Below, piece by piece: positions 10,059 through 19,822 of a stretch of 64,000 bases of DNA. The notes under the pieces were generated by a model. It had not been told where the DNA came from. It ran no database searches and worked only from the letters and a program-made list of their open reading frames with translations. The DNA comes from Candidatus Velthaea sp. (lineage in GTDB: Bacteria; Vulcanimicrobiota; Vulcanimicrobiia; Vulcanimicrobiales; Vulcanimicrobiaceae): positions 416,001 through 480,000 of the forward strand of contig CBDCCS010000022.1 of assembly GCA_965214935.1 (NCBI GenBank), read 5' to 3'. The number at the start of each line of letters is the position of its first letter. The first letter of the stretch is position 1. A program made the translations under genes and the position numbers.

Positions 10059-11123
10059 ATGCTGCGCAAAAGTACCGAAGTCTACAAAGATCGCTGGGTG
10101 GCGAAAAGCGAGTCCGATTTTGCGACCGAAGCGCGCTCCGAAGTCGTCAGCGAACATTTGGTGTACTGGGATGCGATCGTCCGGGCCGTCGAAAGCACCG
10201 ACTTCGAAGAACTCATGAACTACTCGCGCGAAGCAGGCCGCTTCCAGTGCCGCAGCGGGTTCGATCTGTCCAATGCCATTAAACGAACCGTCAACGCCAC
10301 GAATCTCATCGAAGTGGCGCTGCTCGAGGCGAACGACGGTGACGTTCCGCCGATAACCATTATCAATGAAATCGGCGAACTTCGCACGATGATTGCAATG
10401 GCGGTCGCCGAGGGGTACAAACTCGAAACCGATTCACGCTCCGACATGGCAGCCGCGCTCTCCATGCGCGAACGTTTACGCGCCTCGCTGTTGCGTCAGC
10501 GCAGCCGCTATACGACGTATACGCTGCCGCCCGGCGACGAAATCTTGCCGCTGTATGACGCCGGAATGCGTTTCTACTTCGTCGAGAGCGGCAAATTGCG
10601 GCTCTATAATTTGTTGCCGAACGGCCGCACGATCACGCTCTCGATTTTGGGCGAGAACGACGTGTTCTTACAGTGGCGCGCCGAATCTGCGAGCCTATCG
10701 TGCTTATGCGCCGAAGCCATGCACGCATCGAGCGTGCTGGGTGTAAGCGAAGCGGATCTGGTCGATTTGATCGGCGCACAGCCGGCTGCGGCGATCGACG
10801 TCATCGCCTCGTTCACACGCCGCATCACCGAATCGCAAGTGCTCATCGAAGACCTGCTCAACAACAGCGTCAATGTCCGTCTCTACCGCACGCTGCTCGA
10901 ACTGGCCAAGCAATTCGGCAAAGTCGAAGCTAATGCAACGCTTATCGATATACCGCTGACACATCAGCGGCTAGCCGATATGATCGGCAGCAATCGGGTG
11001 ACGGTGACGCGCAAGCTGCACGAACTCGCCGAACGCGGCGTCATCGAAAGCCGGCGGAATGCCGCGATCGCCGTCAAGCAATTCGACTTACTTGCCTCGC
11101 TGGCGGCATCGGACGATATCTAG
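10059..11123 (+). CDS. Crp/Fnr family regulator with extra N-terminal helical (RsbRD_N/globin-like) domain
   Basis: FYFVESGKLRLY...GRTITLSILG cNMP-like barrel; C-terminal HTH IPLTHQRLADMIGSNRVTVTR; about 130-aa N-terminal extension. Confidence 0.85.
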   Translation: MLRKSTEVYKDRWVAKSESDFATEARSEVVSEHLVYWDAIVRAVESTDFEELMNYSREAGRFQCRSGFDLSNAIKRTVNATNLIEVALLEANDGDVPPITIINEIGELRTMIAMAVAEGYKLETDSRSDMAAALSMRERLRASLLRQRSRYTTYTLPPGDEILPLYDAGMRFYFVESGKLRLYNLLPNGRTITLSILGENDVFLQWRAESASLSCLCAEAMHASSVLGVSEADLVDLIGAQPAAAIDVIASFTRRITESQVLIEDLLNNSVNVRLYRTLLELAKQFGKVEANATLIDIPLTHQRLADMIGSNRVTVTRKLHELAERGVIESRRNAAIAVKQFDLLASLAASDDI

Positions 11124-11130
11124 CGAATCA

Positions 11131-11173
11131 GGTGACCGGGCTCACCGCTCCCGCTTTGTAACGGCCCTAGTAT
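11131..11173 (+). promoter_or_regulatory. Crp/Fnr-type box GGTGA-ccgggc-TCACC (11131-11146) plus -10 TAGTAT (11168-11173) upstream of bchM
   Basis: Palindromic box with a 21-nt spacer to the -10 hexamer; same layout at bchH and bchL. Confidence 0.75.
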
Positions 11174-11201
11174 CTGTCCATACCGTCGATAAGGTGAGCC
11201 G

Positions 11202-11963
11202 ATGCAAACAGTCCCACAAGACCTGCGTTCTTCGACCATTCCGCTTCCCGACCGCGCACGAGTACCGTTGTTCGGTGAGCCATCGACCTCGGAGGTCGGC
11301 GGTCACGTCCGCAAATACTTCGAGACATCCGGCTTCTCGCGCTGGACGGCAATTTACGGCTCGGGCGACATCCCGCCGATCTGGAAGGTCATCCGCGACG
11401 GGCACCAGCGGGCGATGGACGCAGTCTTGACGTTTATCGACGGCGATACCGACCATACGGCGCTCGATGCCGGTTGCGGCACGGGCAATCTGTCGATCGA
11501 ACTTGCAAACCGGAGCTACGAAGTCGATGCCTTCGATGTTTCGGCACCGATGATTCACTTTGCAAAATACATCAACACCGGCCGCACGAACGGCATTCCG
11601 CCGAACTTCATGGTCGGCGATATCGGCGCGCTGGCCGGAGAAAAGAAGACATACGACTTGGTCTGTTGCCTCGACGTACTCTTCCACTATCCGTACGATG
11701 AAGTCGCAACGATGCTCACGCAGCTTGCGAATCTCAGCTCGCATAAGGTCGTCGGCTCGTTTGCGCTCCGCACGCCGTTTAACGATTTTTGGATGAAAGT
11801 CGGCCAGCGTTTTCATGCCAAGAACCGCATGACCAAGTTGTTCATGTTCAGCTACGATCAAGTCGAGCAGATCCTCTACCGGGCGGGCTACAAGATGGCA
11901 CGCACCAAGCGGATCAAATTCTTCTTCTACGATTCGTTCGTGTTCGAGGCCGTTCGACGGTAA
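11202..11963 (+). CDS. bchM: Mg-protoporphyrin IX O-methyltransferase
   Basis: VRKYFETSGFSRWTAIYG, IRDGH, LDAGCGTG SAM motif, CCLDVLFHYP. Confidence 0.92.
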   Translation: MQTVPQDLRSSTIPLPDRARVPLFGEPSTSEVGGHVRKYFETSGFSRWTAIYGSGDIPPIWKVIRDGHQRAMDAVLTFIDGDTDHTALDAGCGTGNLSIELANRSYEVDAFDVSAPMIHFAKYINTGRTNGIPPNFMVGDIGALAGEKKTYDLVCCLDVLFHYPYDEVATMLTQLANLSSHKVVGSFALRTPFNDFWMKVGQRFHAKNRMTKLFMFSYDQVEQILYRAGYKMARTKRIKFFFYDSFVFEAVRR

Positions 11964-13084
11964 TGGTCGTCGCGCGTCCCGTTCAATCGAAGACTGCGCC
12001 GCAGCTACTGAAGCCACGGTTGTACCGCACGGATTTCCGCATCCTCAACACGCTCGACGTCGAATCGTGCCGGGCCGAGTTTCGGACGCTGCGCGATGAT
12101 TTCGAGCGCGACTGGAATCGGACGCTGTTTAAATGGACCGATGAAGTAAACGATCTCGATTACCGGCCGCTGTGGGACGAGTTCTACGAATTTCTCAATC
12201 GCTCGTCGATCGGCGAATTCTCGGGCTGTCTGTTATATAGCGAAGTCCAAAAAAAAATAAGCGATCCGGACGTTGCTGCGATTTACAAGTGCATGGCGCG
12301 CGACGAGGGCCGCCATAGTTCGTTCCTGAGCTGGGTAATGCGGCACATGGGGCGTAAATTCGATCTCGGGCTGCTGCCGAAGATGGAAAAATTGCAGTAC
12401 ATGCATCCCAAGCTCATCTTCATCACGACGTATCTATCGGAGATCGTCGGCTTCTACCGCTATCAAAACATCAGCGATCATCTCAAAGCGAATCCGCAGT
12501 TTGCCTTTCATCCGATCTTCAGCTACTTCGATGACTGGTGTAATGACGAGCGGCGGCATAGTCGCTTTTTCGCCTTAATGCTCCGCAGCCAGCCGCAGTA
12601 TCTGCAGGGCCGGCGCAATCACTTTGCCATCAAATTCTTCTCGCTCGCGGTTTACATCACGATGTACTTGCGCGACTGCGAGTCCAAGATTTATTCGAAG
12701 CTCGGCATCGACTGGGAAAAGTACGACGTCAAAGTCATCAACGAGACCGAAGCGGCGGCGCGCAACGTATGGGGGTTGGCGATTCGCACCGACTCGGCCT
12801 ATTTTCTGGCTTGCCTGCGCAAGATGATGCGCAATAACTTCGCTAACAAAGCCGGCCGCGCGAAGATCGGACCGGCGGCAATTCTCGCCAAGGTCATGCG
12901 CTTCGCGCGTTACGGCGACAACATCGTTCAATATGCCAAACTCGTGCTGCAGCCGCACGATTACGTCGAGCCGCTGTCGCGCAGCGAGTGGACGCATATC
13001 GCGGCCGACCCCGGCGACGTGAGCGGCATTCGGCTAGCAAGCGCTGTGCCGACCTCGCTCCGGCCTCAGCCGCAACCGGTATAG
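11963..13084 (+). CDS. acsF: O2-dependent Mg-protoporphyrin IX monomethyl ester cyclase
   Basis: LLKPRLYRTDF, EFSGCLLYSE, ARDEGRH, YLSEIVGFYRY, WCNDERRH di-iron motifs; TAATG coupling to bchM. Confidence 0.92.
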   Translation: MVVARPVQSKTAPQLLKPRLYRTDFRILNTLDVESCRAEFRTLRDDFERDWNRTLFKWTDEVNDLDYRPLWDEFYEFLNRSSIGEFSGCLLYSEVQKKISDPDVAAIYKCMARDEGRHSSFLSWVMRHMGRKFDLGLLPKMEKLQYMHPKLIFITTYLSEIVGFYRYQNISDHLKANPQFAFHPIFSYFDDWCNDERRHSRFFALMLRSQPQYLQGRRNHFAIKFFSLAVYITMYLRDCESKIYSKLGIDWEKYDVKVINETEAAARNVWGLAIRTDSAYFLACLRKMMRNNFANKAGRAKIGPAAILAKVMRFARYGDNIVQYAKLVLQPHDYVEPLSRSEWTHIAADPGDVSGIRLASAVPTSLRPQPQPV

Positions 13085-13089
13085 CCCGC

Positions 13090-13443
13090 TCAATTTTCGC
13101 TCATCTGGCCGAGTTCGGACGTGTCGAGTTCGCCGATGGCATACGACAGCGTCAGCACGTGGCCGTTCTTGGCAAACACAAGCGCACCGTCGGTGCTCCA
13201 GTCGACCGAATCGTACAAGTCGAGGTTGAGCGCAAGTTCCCACGCGACTTCGCCTTCTTCGGTCAACGCGACTTGTTCGAGCGACCAGCCCTCGAGCGTC
13301 ATCGGGTTGCCGTTCACGGTACTGCTCGTGAAGCTCATGCGCGTCGGCAAACCGCTGAGCGCTATCTCGGCCGTTACTTCCGTTGCGTGCACCACCATCT
13401 CGGTGAGGCGGTATTGCAGATCCGGCGTAAGTGGGATCGCCAT
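13090..13443 (-). CDS. Hypothetical acidic protein
   Basis: ATG 13443 directly follows the stop of the OYE gene; protein-like composition. Confidence 0.55.
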   Translation of the reverse strand: MAIPLTPDLQYRLTEMVVHATEVTAEIALSGLPTRMSFTSSTVNGNPMTLEGWSLEQVALTEEGEVAWELALNLDLYDSVDWSTDGALVFAKNGHVLTLSYAIGELDTSELGQMSEN

Positions 13444-13445
13444 CG

Positions 13446-14537
13446 CTATCGAATGCCGGCAAGCTGGTTCAACTGCGGCTTCGCGCGCTGATACTGGTCG
13501 GGCCATGGAACGTCGACGCCGAGTACGTGCGCTGCATGCAGCGGCCAGTATGGATCGCGCAGCATCTCGCGGGCAAGGAACACAAGGTCGGCCGAACCGG
13601 CAGCGACGATCGCTTCGGCTTGTTGCGCCTCGGTAATCAAGCCCACCGCACCAGTCGCAATCTTCGCTTCGCGGCGAATCTGCTCGGCAAACGGAACCTG
13701 GTAGCCGGGACCAACCGGAATGCGCGCGCCCGGTACGGAGCCGCCGCTCGATACGTCGATCAAGTCCACGCCGCGCGTCGCGAGCACGCGCGACAGTGCA
13801 ACCGACTCTTCAATCGTCCAGCCGCCGTCACGCCAGTCCGTCGCGGAGATTCGGACGAAGAGCGGATAACGCTCCGGCCAAACCGCACGCACCGCATCGA
13901 CGACCTCGAGCGTGAACCGGATGCGGTTCTCGAGCGAACCGCCGTAGCGGTCGGTACGCCGATTCGAAAGCGGCGACAGAAATTGATGCATGAGATAGCC
14001 GTGCGCGGCATGCAACTCGATACATTCGAAACCCGCGGCGATACTGCGCCGCGCGGCCGCGACGAACGCTGCAACGATCTCGCTAATGGCATCTTCGTCG
14101 AGCGCTGCGGGGACGATGCTCGATTGGGAAAAGGCAATGGCACTCGGCGCGACCGGCCGCCACCCGCCGTCGGCGACGGCGACCGGTCCGTCGCCGATCC
14201 AAGGAGCCGCGGTACTCGCTTTGCGGCCGGCATGCGCGAGTTGAATCGCCATCACCGCTCCGTGCAACTTGCCGAACCGCACGATTCGCGCGAGCGCGTC
14301 GATGTGCGCGTCGTCGTAGATGCCGAGATCCGCGGGTGAGATGCGACCGCCGGCACTAACGGCACACGCCTCGGTCACGATCAAACCGGCGCCGCCGACC
14401 GCGCGGCTGCCGAGATGGACGAGGTGCCAATCGTCGGCAAAACCGTCCGTCGAGGAGTATTCGCACATCGGCGATACGGCAATTCGGTTTTTTAACGTTA
14501 CGTCGCGAAGCGACAACGCGCTATAGAGTTCGGCCAT
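13446..14537 (-). CDS. NADH:flavin oxidoreductase (Old Yellow Enzyme, YqjM/NamA-type)
   Basis: NRIAVSPMCEYS, QLAHAGRKAS, HAAHGYL, RTDRYGGSLENR, LRDPYW. Confidence 0.92.
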   Translation of the reverse strand: MAELYSALSLRDVTLKNRIAVSPMCEYSSTDGFADDWHLVHLGSRAVGGAGLIVTEACAVSAGGRISPADLGIYDDAHIDALARIVRFGKLHGAVMAIQLAHAGRKASTAAPWIGDGPVAVADGGWRPVAPSAIAFSQSSIVPAALDEDAISEIVAAFVAAARRSIAAGFECIELHAAHGYLMHQFLSPLSNRRTDRYGGSLENRIRFTLEVVDAVRAVWPERYPLFVRISATDWRDGGWTIEESVALSRVLATRGVDLIDVSSGGSVPGARIPVGPGYQVPFAEQIRREAKIATGAVGLITEAQQAEAIVAAGSADLVFLAREMLRDPYWPLHAAHVLGVDVPWPDQYQRAKPQLNQLAGIR

Positions 14538-14618
14538 GCTCCGCTAACACGAAACAGCGCGCCGTTCGTTTCGCCGCCGGCCGCCGCACGTTGCCGTTGG
14601 CCTCGCGCCGGCGCGCTG

Positions 14619-15464
14619 CTACGTCGCTTTCGCTAACGCGGCATCGCCTTGCGCGGCTTCGGAGACATCCGCCCACGCTTGCCACGTTTCAATTCGCTCC
14701 TTGTAACGCTGACGCGCGATCGTAAGCGGCATCGAGCCGAGGAACAGTCGCAGCGGCGGATCCTCGGCGTCGACAAGTTTAAGCATGGCGCCGGCGGTAG
14801 CCGCAGGATCGCCTTGGACGTTGCTTTTAAAGCGCTCGAGGGCCGCTGCGTGCATCGCGGCGTAAGCCGGAAGTTCCTTCGCGCGTTTCGCAGAAACGTC
14901 GCGCCAATCCGTTGCATAACCGCCGGGCTCGACGAGCGTAACTTTGATTCCGAACGAAGCGACCTCTTGTGCGAGCGACTCCGTGAAACCCTCGAGACCC
15001 CACTTCGACGCATGATAGAGACCGATATTCGGGAAGGCAACGATGCCTCCGATGCTCGAGATCGATATAATGTGGCCGCTTTGCTGCTCGCGCATGATTG
15101 GAAGCACGGCCTGCGAGACCCAAAGTGCACCGAACAGGTTGGTCTCAATCTGTGCGCGCGCTTCTTCTTCGCTAACTTCTTCGATCGCGCCGAAGCTTCC
15201 GTAGCCGGCGTTGTTCACAACAACGTCGATTCTGCCGAACCGCTCGTGCGCAGTTTTGAACGCAGCAAAGACCGCCGCCCGATCGTCCACATTGAGGCCG
15301 AGAGGGAGAACGGCGTCGCCGTGTGCGGCGGCGAGGTCTTGGAGATCCGCGGCATTGCGGGCGGTGGCGATGACCCGATCGCCGCGTTCGAGTGCGGCAG
15401 TTGCCCAAATGCGGCCGAATCCGCGCGACGAGCCCGTGATGAACCAAACCTTCTGTGACGCCAT
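14619..15464 (-). CDS. Short-chain dehydrogenase/reductase
   Basis: TGSSRGFG, NNAGYG, YHASK. Confidence 0.92.
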   Translation of the reverse strand: MASQKVWFITGSSRGFGRIWATAALERGDRVIATARNAADLQDLAAAHGDAVLPLGLNVDDRAAVFAAFKTAHERFGRIDVVVNNAGYGSFGAIEEVSEEEARAQIETNLFGALWVSQAVLPIMREQQSGHIISISSIGGIVAFPNIGLYHASKWGLEGFTESLAQEVASFGIKVTLVEPGGYATDWRDVSAKRAKELPAYAAMHAAALERFKSNVQGDPAATAGAMLKLVDAEDPPLRLFLGSMPLTIARQRYKERIETWQAWADVSEAAQGDAALAKAT

Positions 15465-15539
15465 GTCCTCGGTTTACCCAGAACGCACGTGCGTGCATCG
15501 CGCGCATGGCTCGCGGTCCGGCGCGCGAATAAACGCAGC

Positions 15540-15851
15540 ATGTCAACCTTCGTCGTCATTGCGATCTGCGCGCTCGGCATCGTGTTGAGCGGCAAGAGCG
15601 TGCTTGTTCTCGGGCGGCGCGCACCTTGGACGTCGGCCGGGTGGCTGCTGACGATTCTATATTTTGTCGCGCTCATCGTGCGCTTACGCTTGCGCTATCA
15701 TGCCGGCGAACGCGCTGAGTACCTTACGCTGGCGGCACTGATCGTCGCCTTCGTCGTCGCCGGTTTTCGTGACGAACCACAAGCTGAACCCTGGTGGTGG
15801 CCGACGCACTACGGCAGCACCCGGCGTGCCAAACGGACGCGCACGGGTTAA
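15540..15851 (+). CDS. Small hypothetical membrane protein
   Basis: Three hydrophobic segments; C-terminal EPQAEPWWWP. Confidence 0.6.
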   Translation: MSTFVVIAICALGIVLSGKSVLVLGRRAPWTSAGWLLTILYFVALIVRLRLRYHAGERAEYLTLAALIVAFVVAGFRDEPQAEPWWWPTHYGSTRRAKRTRTG

Positions 15852-16309
15852 GCCGTCTTCGCGAAGCTCCGTAAAACGTTCAGTGCCGCATCGACATGTT
15901 TCTGCGGCGCAAACATCGAGTCGTAGATCGAACGGACGACGCCGTCCCCATCGATGATGTAGGTGACGCGTCCCGGAAGTACGCCGAGCGTTTTGGGTAC
16001 GCCGAACGCTTTGCGCACGGTTCCGCCCGGATCGCTTGCCAGCGGAAACGGCAGCGCATGCGCGCCCGCAAACGCCGCATGCGATTCAGCCGAATCGGAA
16101 CTAACACCGATGACCGTTGCGCCGAGCGCCGAAAACGCACCGAACGCGTCGCGGAACGAACATGCTTCGGCCGTACAGCCCGGCGTTGCATCTTTGGGAT
16201 AGAAGAACAGCACGACCGGACCGCCCGCAATCAGATCTGCTAAGCGCAAACGCGAGCCGTCGGCGGCGGCTAAGTCGAACTGCGGCGCGCGATCTCCGAC
16301 GGCAATCAT
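15848..16309 (-). CDS. bcp: Peroxiredoxin, BCP/PrxQ family
   Basis: FFYPKDATPGCTAEACSFRD; ATG 16309 overlaps the upstream stop (ATGA). Confidence 0.9.
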   Translation of the reverse strand: MIAVGDRAPQFDLAAADGSRLRLADLIAGGPVVLFFYPKDATPGCTAEACSFRDAFGAFSALGATVIGVSSDSAESHAAFAGAHALPFPLASDPGGTVRKAFGVPKTLGVLPGRVTYIIDGDGVVRSIYDSMFAPQKHVDAALNVLRSFAKTA

Positions 16310-17352
16310 GCAAATTGGCCGAAATACAGATCGAGTTCCGCCGCTCGCGCACCGCCGGCTGCAGCGTCCGCGCGCACTGTGTCGAGCGAGGCTTGCGGGC
16401 GCACGGCGAGCATCTCGCCGCTCGTGCACGTCACCGCTTCGGCTGCCGCCGGCACGACGACGGTGGCAAAGGGTTTGACATCGACCGCTAACGCGCCGAG
16501 TTCGAGCCGCACCGGCGACGCGAGCGCGGTTATCGTGAGCGGTTGCCCGTGCGTTTGAATTTGCGCCCGTGCCGAACAACGTAGCCGCTCGAGCGTAAAG
16601 TGCGGATCCGCGACGAGCAGCGTACGTTCTAAGCCGCCGCTTTCAAAGGTCAAGGTCGTCACCGCGACGCGCGTACCGGCCCGAAAATCAAGGACGTCGG
16701 CGGCCTTGGCGACATGCAGTTCGCGGGTTTTCCCGTCGGGTCCAACCCGGTTCCAGTCGAAAATGCGGTAGGTCAAGTCACTCGCCTGTTGCGCTTCGAA
16801 CAATTGAATCCCGGCGCCGATGGCGTGCAGTGTACCGGCCGGCAGATAATACGTCTCTCCGGCATGCACGCTAACGCGGCGCAAGATATCCCCCAGCGAT
16901 CCATCGGCGACGCGCCGCTCGTATTCAGCCCGATCCGTCTCGCGGGCCCAACCTAAGACCAGCTCGGCCTTGGGTTCAGCGGCGAGAATGTACCAGCATT
17001 CGGTTTTGCCGTTCGGCTGGTTCTCGACCCGGCGCGCGTACGCATCATCCGGATGAACTTGTACCGAGAGCGCTAAGCGCGCATCGATCAACTTTGTGAG
17101 AACGGGGAAAGGCGCTGCCGCATCGATCGAACCCATGAGCACTACGCCGAGACCGGCACGCAGTTGAGCCAGCGTCGAACCGCTCAGCTCACCGTTATCG
17201 ACCCGGTTGTCATCCCAGCATTCCCACGACTCGCCGATCTCGGCGGCCGGATCGGCGCTCTTTCCATAGCGTGCGACGAGCGCTTGCCCGCCCCAAAGCG
17301 CCGGCTTTTCGAGCGGTTCCAACTGATACGGATAAACCTGTTCGGTCAACAT
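16306..17352 (-). CDS. manA: Mannose-6-phosphate isomerase, class I
   Basis: LWGG, IGESWE, LSVQVHPDD, KTECWY, PAGTLHAIG, SDLTYRIFDW. Confidence 0.88.
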   Translation of the reverse strand: MLTEQVYPYQLEPLEKPALWGGQALVARYGKSADPAAEIGESWECWDDNRVDNGELSGSTLAQLRAGLGVVLMGSIDAAAPFPVLTKLIDARLALSVQVHPDDAYARRVENQPNGKTECWYILAAEPKAELVLGWARETDRAEYERRVADGSLGDILRRVSVHAGETYYLPAGTLHAIGAGIQLFEAQQASDLTYRIFDWNRVGPDGKTRELHVAKAADVLDFRAGTRVAVTTLTFESGGLERTLLVADPHFTLERLRCSARAQIQTHGQPLTITALASPVRLELGALAVDVKPFATVVVPAAAEAVTCTSGEMLAVRPQASLDTVRADAAAGGARAAELDLYFGQFA

Positions 17353-17385
17353 CCAAGTGCAGCTTCGCCGCTGCGCAACGGCGGC

Positions 17386-17586
17386 CTAGAGCGACTCGCG
17401 CCCGATACCGCCGTGCAGCTGCTCGTCCATCTGCGCCGCGCAACCGGTGTGCCCGCATTCGCAACGAACGTTCGTCGAATCGCGGCCTTCGGGCGAATCA
17501 CAATACGGCGCACAGACGGTTTGCGCGATCGGCGTCTCGCATAGGCATGCGAGGTTGTCGCACTTCTTGGTGTCCGTTACTGTCAT
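17386..17586 (-). CDS. Prokaryotic metallothionein-like protein (SmtA-like)
   Basis: 66 aa with 8 Cys: KCDNLACLC...VCAPYC...CECGHTGC. Confidence 0.7.
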   Translation of the reverse strand: MTVTDTKKCDNLACLCETPIAQTVCAPYCDSPEGRDSTNVRCECGHTGCAAQMDEQLHGGIGRESL

Positions 17587-17684
17587 GCTTGGCCGTTTAC
17601 CCGTGAAGACTCCGCCGAAACGAAGGCCTGCACGAACCACGGCGAAGGCGACGCGATGCACTCTTCGCTGTTGCCGATCCGCCG

Positions 17685-18476
17685 GTGAACGAACCGCACG
17701 AACATCGTATCAACGTCATTGACGCCGTCGCAACGATCACGCTCGATCGGCCCGCGGCATACAACGCGCTGACCAAGCGGCTGTTGCATTCGCTCATCGC
17801 AACGTTAACGGCGTGTGCAGCCGATCCCGCAATACGTGCACTCGTCATCACCGGCGCCGGCAAAGGCTTTTGCGCCGGTCAAGCGCTCGATGATGCCGAG
17901 ACGATCGGCTTCGACGGTACGGCGGACTTGCATTCGGCGGTGAGCGAAGGGTTCAATCCACTGGTCCGCACGCTGCTCGGCATGGAAAAGCCGATCGTTG
18001 CGGCGGTTAACGGCGCTGCCGCCGGAGCCGGATTCGGACTGGCGCTCGCGTGCGATTTCCGGGTCGTCGCGCAGACCGCAACGTTTAGCACGGCGTTCGT
18101 GAAGATCGGGCTCGTTGCCGATAGCGGTGTGTCGTTTCTATTACCGCGGATGATCGGCTATGCCAAGGCGCTCGAACTGTGTTTGCTGTCCGAAAAGCTC
18201 GATGCGGCCGCGGCGCAAGCGTTCGGCCTGGTGACCGCCGTCGTGCCGTTCGCCGAAGTCGTCGTTGCCGCACATAAGCTGGCTGCGCGGCTCGCGGCCG
18301 GGCCGCGCGCGATCGGCCTCATGAAACGCGAGCTATTTGCCAATACGTTCGGCGATATCGACGCGGCACTGCAAGTGGAGGCCGAGCTGCAAAGCATCGC
18401 CGGCGCCACGGGCGATGCACGTGAAGGCGTCGCTGCGTTCCGGGCAAAGCGCAGTCCGGTGTTTGCCGGGCGGTAA
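17685..18476 (+). CDS. Enoyl-CoA hydratase/isomerase (PaaG-like)
   Basis: GKGFCAGQ, AVNGAAAGAG, GLVADSG, DAREGVAAF. Confidence 0.9.
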   Translation: MNEPHEHRINVIDAVATITLDRPAAYNALTKRLLHSLIATLTACAADPAIRALVITGAGKGFCAGQALDDAETIGFDGTADLHSAVSEGFNPLVRTLLGMEKPIVAAVNGAAAGAGFGLALACDFRVVAQTATFSTAFVKIGLVADSGVSFLLPRMIGYAKALELCLLSEKLDAAAAQAFGLVTAVVPFAEVVVAAHKLAARLAAGPRAIGLMKRELFANTFGDIDAALQVEAELQSIAGATGDAREGVAAFRAKRSPVFAGR

Positions 18477-18523
18477 GCCGCGGTACGCAGTAAGTCGAAC
18501 GATCAGCGCATCGACGCCCTCCA

Positions 18524-18712
18524 ATGAGCTCGGAGTCCACCTTGCTATTCGTACGTTCACAAAACAGCACCGCGCCGCAACCCCAGAACGATCCGCCCGA
18601 CGAACAGACCGGGCAGTTCGGTGATTCGAGCGATCCGGGCCTGGAGTCGGACGAGGATCTCGACGGCGAGCACGACGCCGACGGCGGTCCGGCGCTACAT
18701 CATCCCGGCTAA
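18524..18712 (+). CDS. Small acidic, probably disordered protein
   Basis: D/E/P-rich ORF filling the gap between two + strand genes. Confidence 0.4.
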   Translation: MSSESTLLFVRSQNSTAPQPQNDPPDEQTGQFGDSSDPGLESDEDLDGEHDADGGPALHHPG

Positions 18713-18721
18713 GGCGACGCG

Positions 18722-19822
18722 ATGATCGACGTTCAACGCCGAAGCGACGAGCGGCATTTCGCCAGCGACAATTATGCCGGCGTCGATCCGCACGTACTCG
18801 AAGCGATCGCCGCGGCGAATGGCGGCCATGTCGGCGCTTACGGCGATGATCCGATCACGCATGCCGCCGAAGCCGCCTTCCGTGACCTCGTCAGTCCGGA
18901 CGCCCGCGTGTTTTTCACCTTCAATGGAACGGGCGCCAACGTGGTCGCTTTAGCCGCCGCGTTGCGGCCGTATCAAGCCGTTATCTGCCCGGACTCCGCG
19001 CATCTCAACAACGATGAATGCGGGGCGTTCGAGCGCTTTTCGGGCTCGCGCTTACTGACCGTGCCGACTAGTGACGGAAAACTTCGGCCGGCCGATGTCG
19101 AACGCGCCGTCGCCCAAGTCGGTAACGTCCATCAAGTGCAGCCGGCCGCGATCTCGATTTCCCAATCGACCGAGCTCGGAACGGTGTATTCGATCGACGA
19201 GATGCGTGCGCTCGGCACGATCGCTCGCCGGCACCATCTGCTGTTCCATGTCGACGGTGCGCGGCTGGCGAATGCCGCCGTAGCGCTTGCCGTTGATTTG
19301 CGAACGTTGCTAGTCGATACCGGTGTCGACGTCTGTACGTTCGGCGGCACGAAAAACGGGCTGTTGTTCGGCGAAGCGATTCTCTTTCCAACGTATCATC
19401 CGGCCATCGAACATCTGCCGTTCACGCGCAAACAAGGGATGCAACTCGCATCGAAAATGCGCTTCGTGGCCGCGCAGTTCAACGCGCTGCTTCATAACGA
19501 CCTCTGGCGCGCGAATGCCGCTCAGGCCAATGCAATGGCGCAGCGGCTCGCCGAGCGCCTTGACGGCGCGGACGGCGTTCGGCTGGCCTATCCGGTGCAA
19601 GCAAACGGTGTGTTCGCGGCCGTCGCGCCGCAACTCATACCGGCGTTGCAAGAAGCGCGGCGTTTTTATGTCTGGGATGCGCGGGCCTCGATCGTCCGCT
19701 GGATGGCGGCCTTCGATACGCGCCCGGCCGATGTCGATTCTTTCGCGGACGCGATTCTCCGCATCACCGCGGGTACGGGCCTCCGTGCACCGCAAGTCCA
19801 ACGGAGCGAACGGCAAGCATGA
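18722..19822 (+). CDS. Low-specificity L-threonine aldolase
   Basis: [45 protein letters not shown]. Confidence 0.9.
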   Translation: MIDVQRRSDERHFASDNYAGVDPHVLEAIAAANGGHVGAYGDDPITHAAEAAFRDLVSPDARVFFTFNGTGANVVALAAALRPYQAVICPDSAHLNNDECGAFERFSGSRLLTVPTSDGKLRPADVERAVAQVGNVHQVQPAAISISQSTELGTVYSIDEMRALGTIARRHHLLFHVDGARLANAAVALAVDLRTLLVDTGVDVCTFGGTKNGLLFGEAILFPTYHPAIEHLPFTRKQGMQLASKMRFVAAQFNALLHNDLWRANAAQANAMAQRLAERLDGADGVRLAYPVQANGVFAAVAPQLIPALQEARRFYVWDARASIVRWMAAFDTRPADVDSFADAILRITAGTGLRAPQVQRSERQA

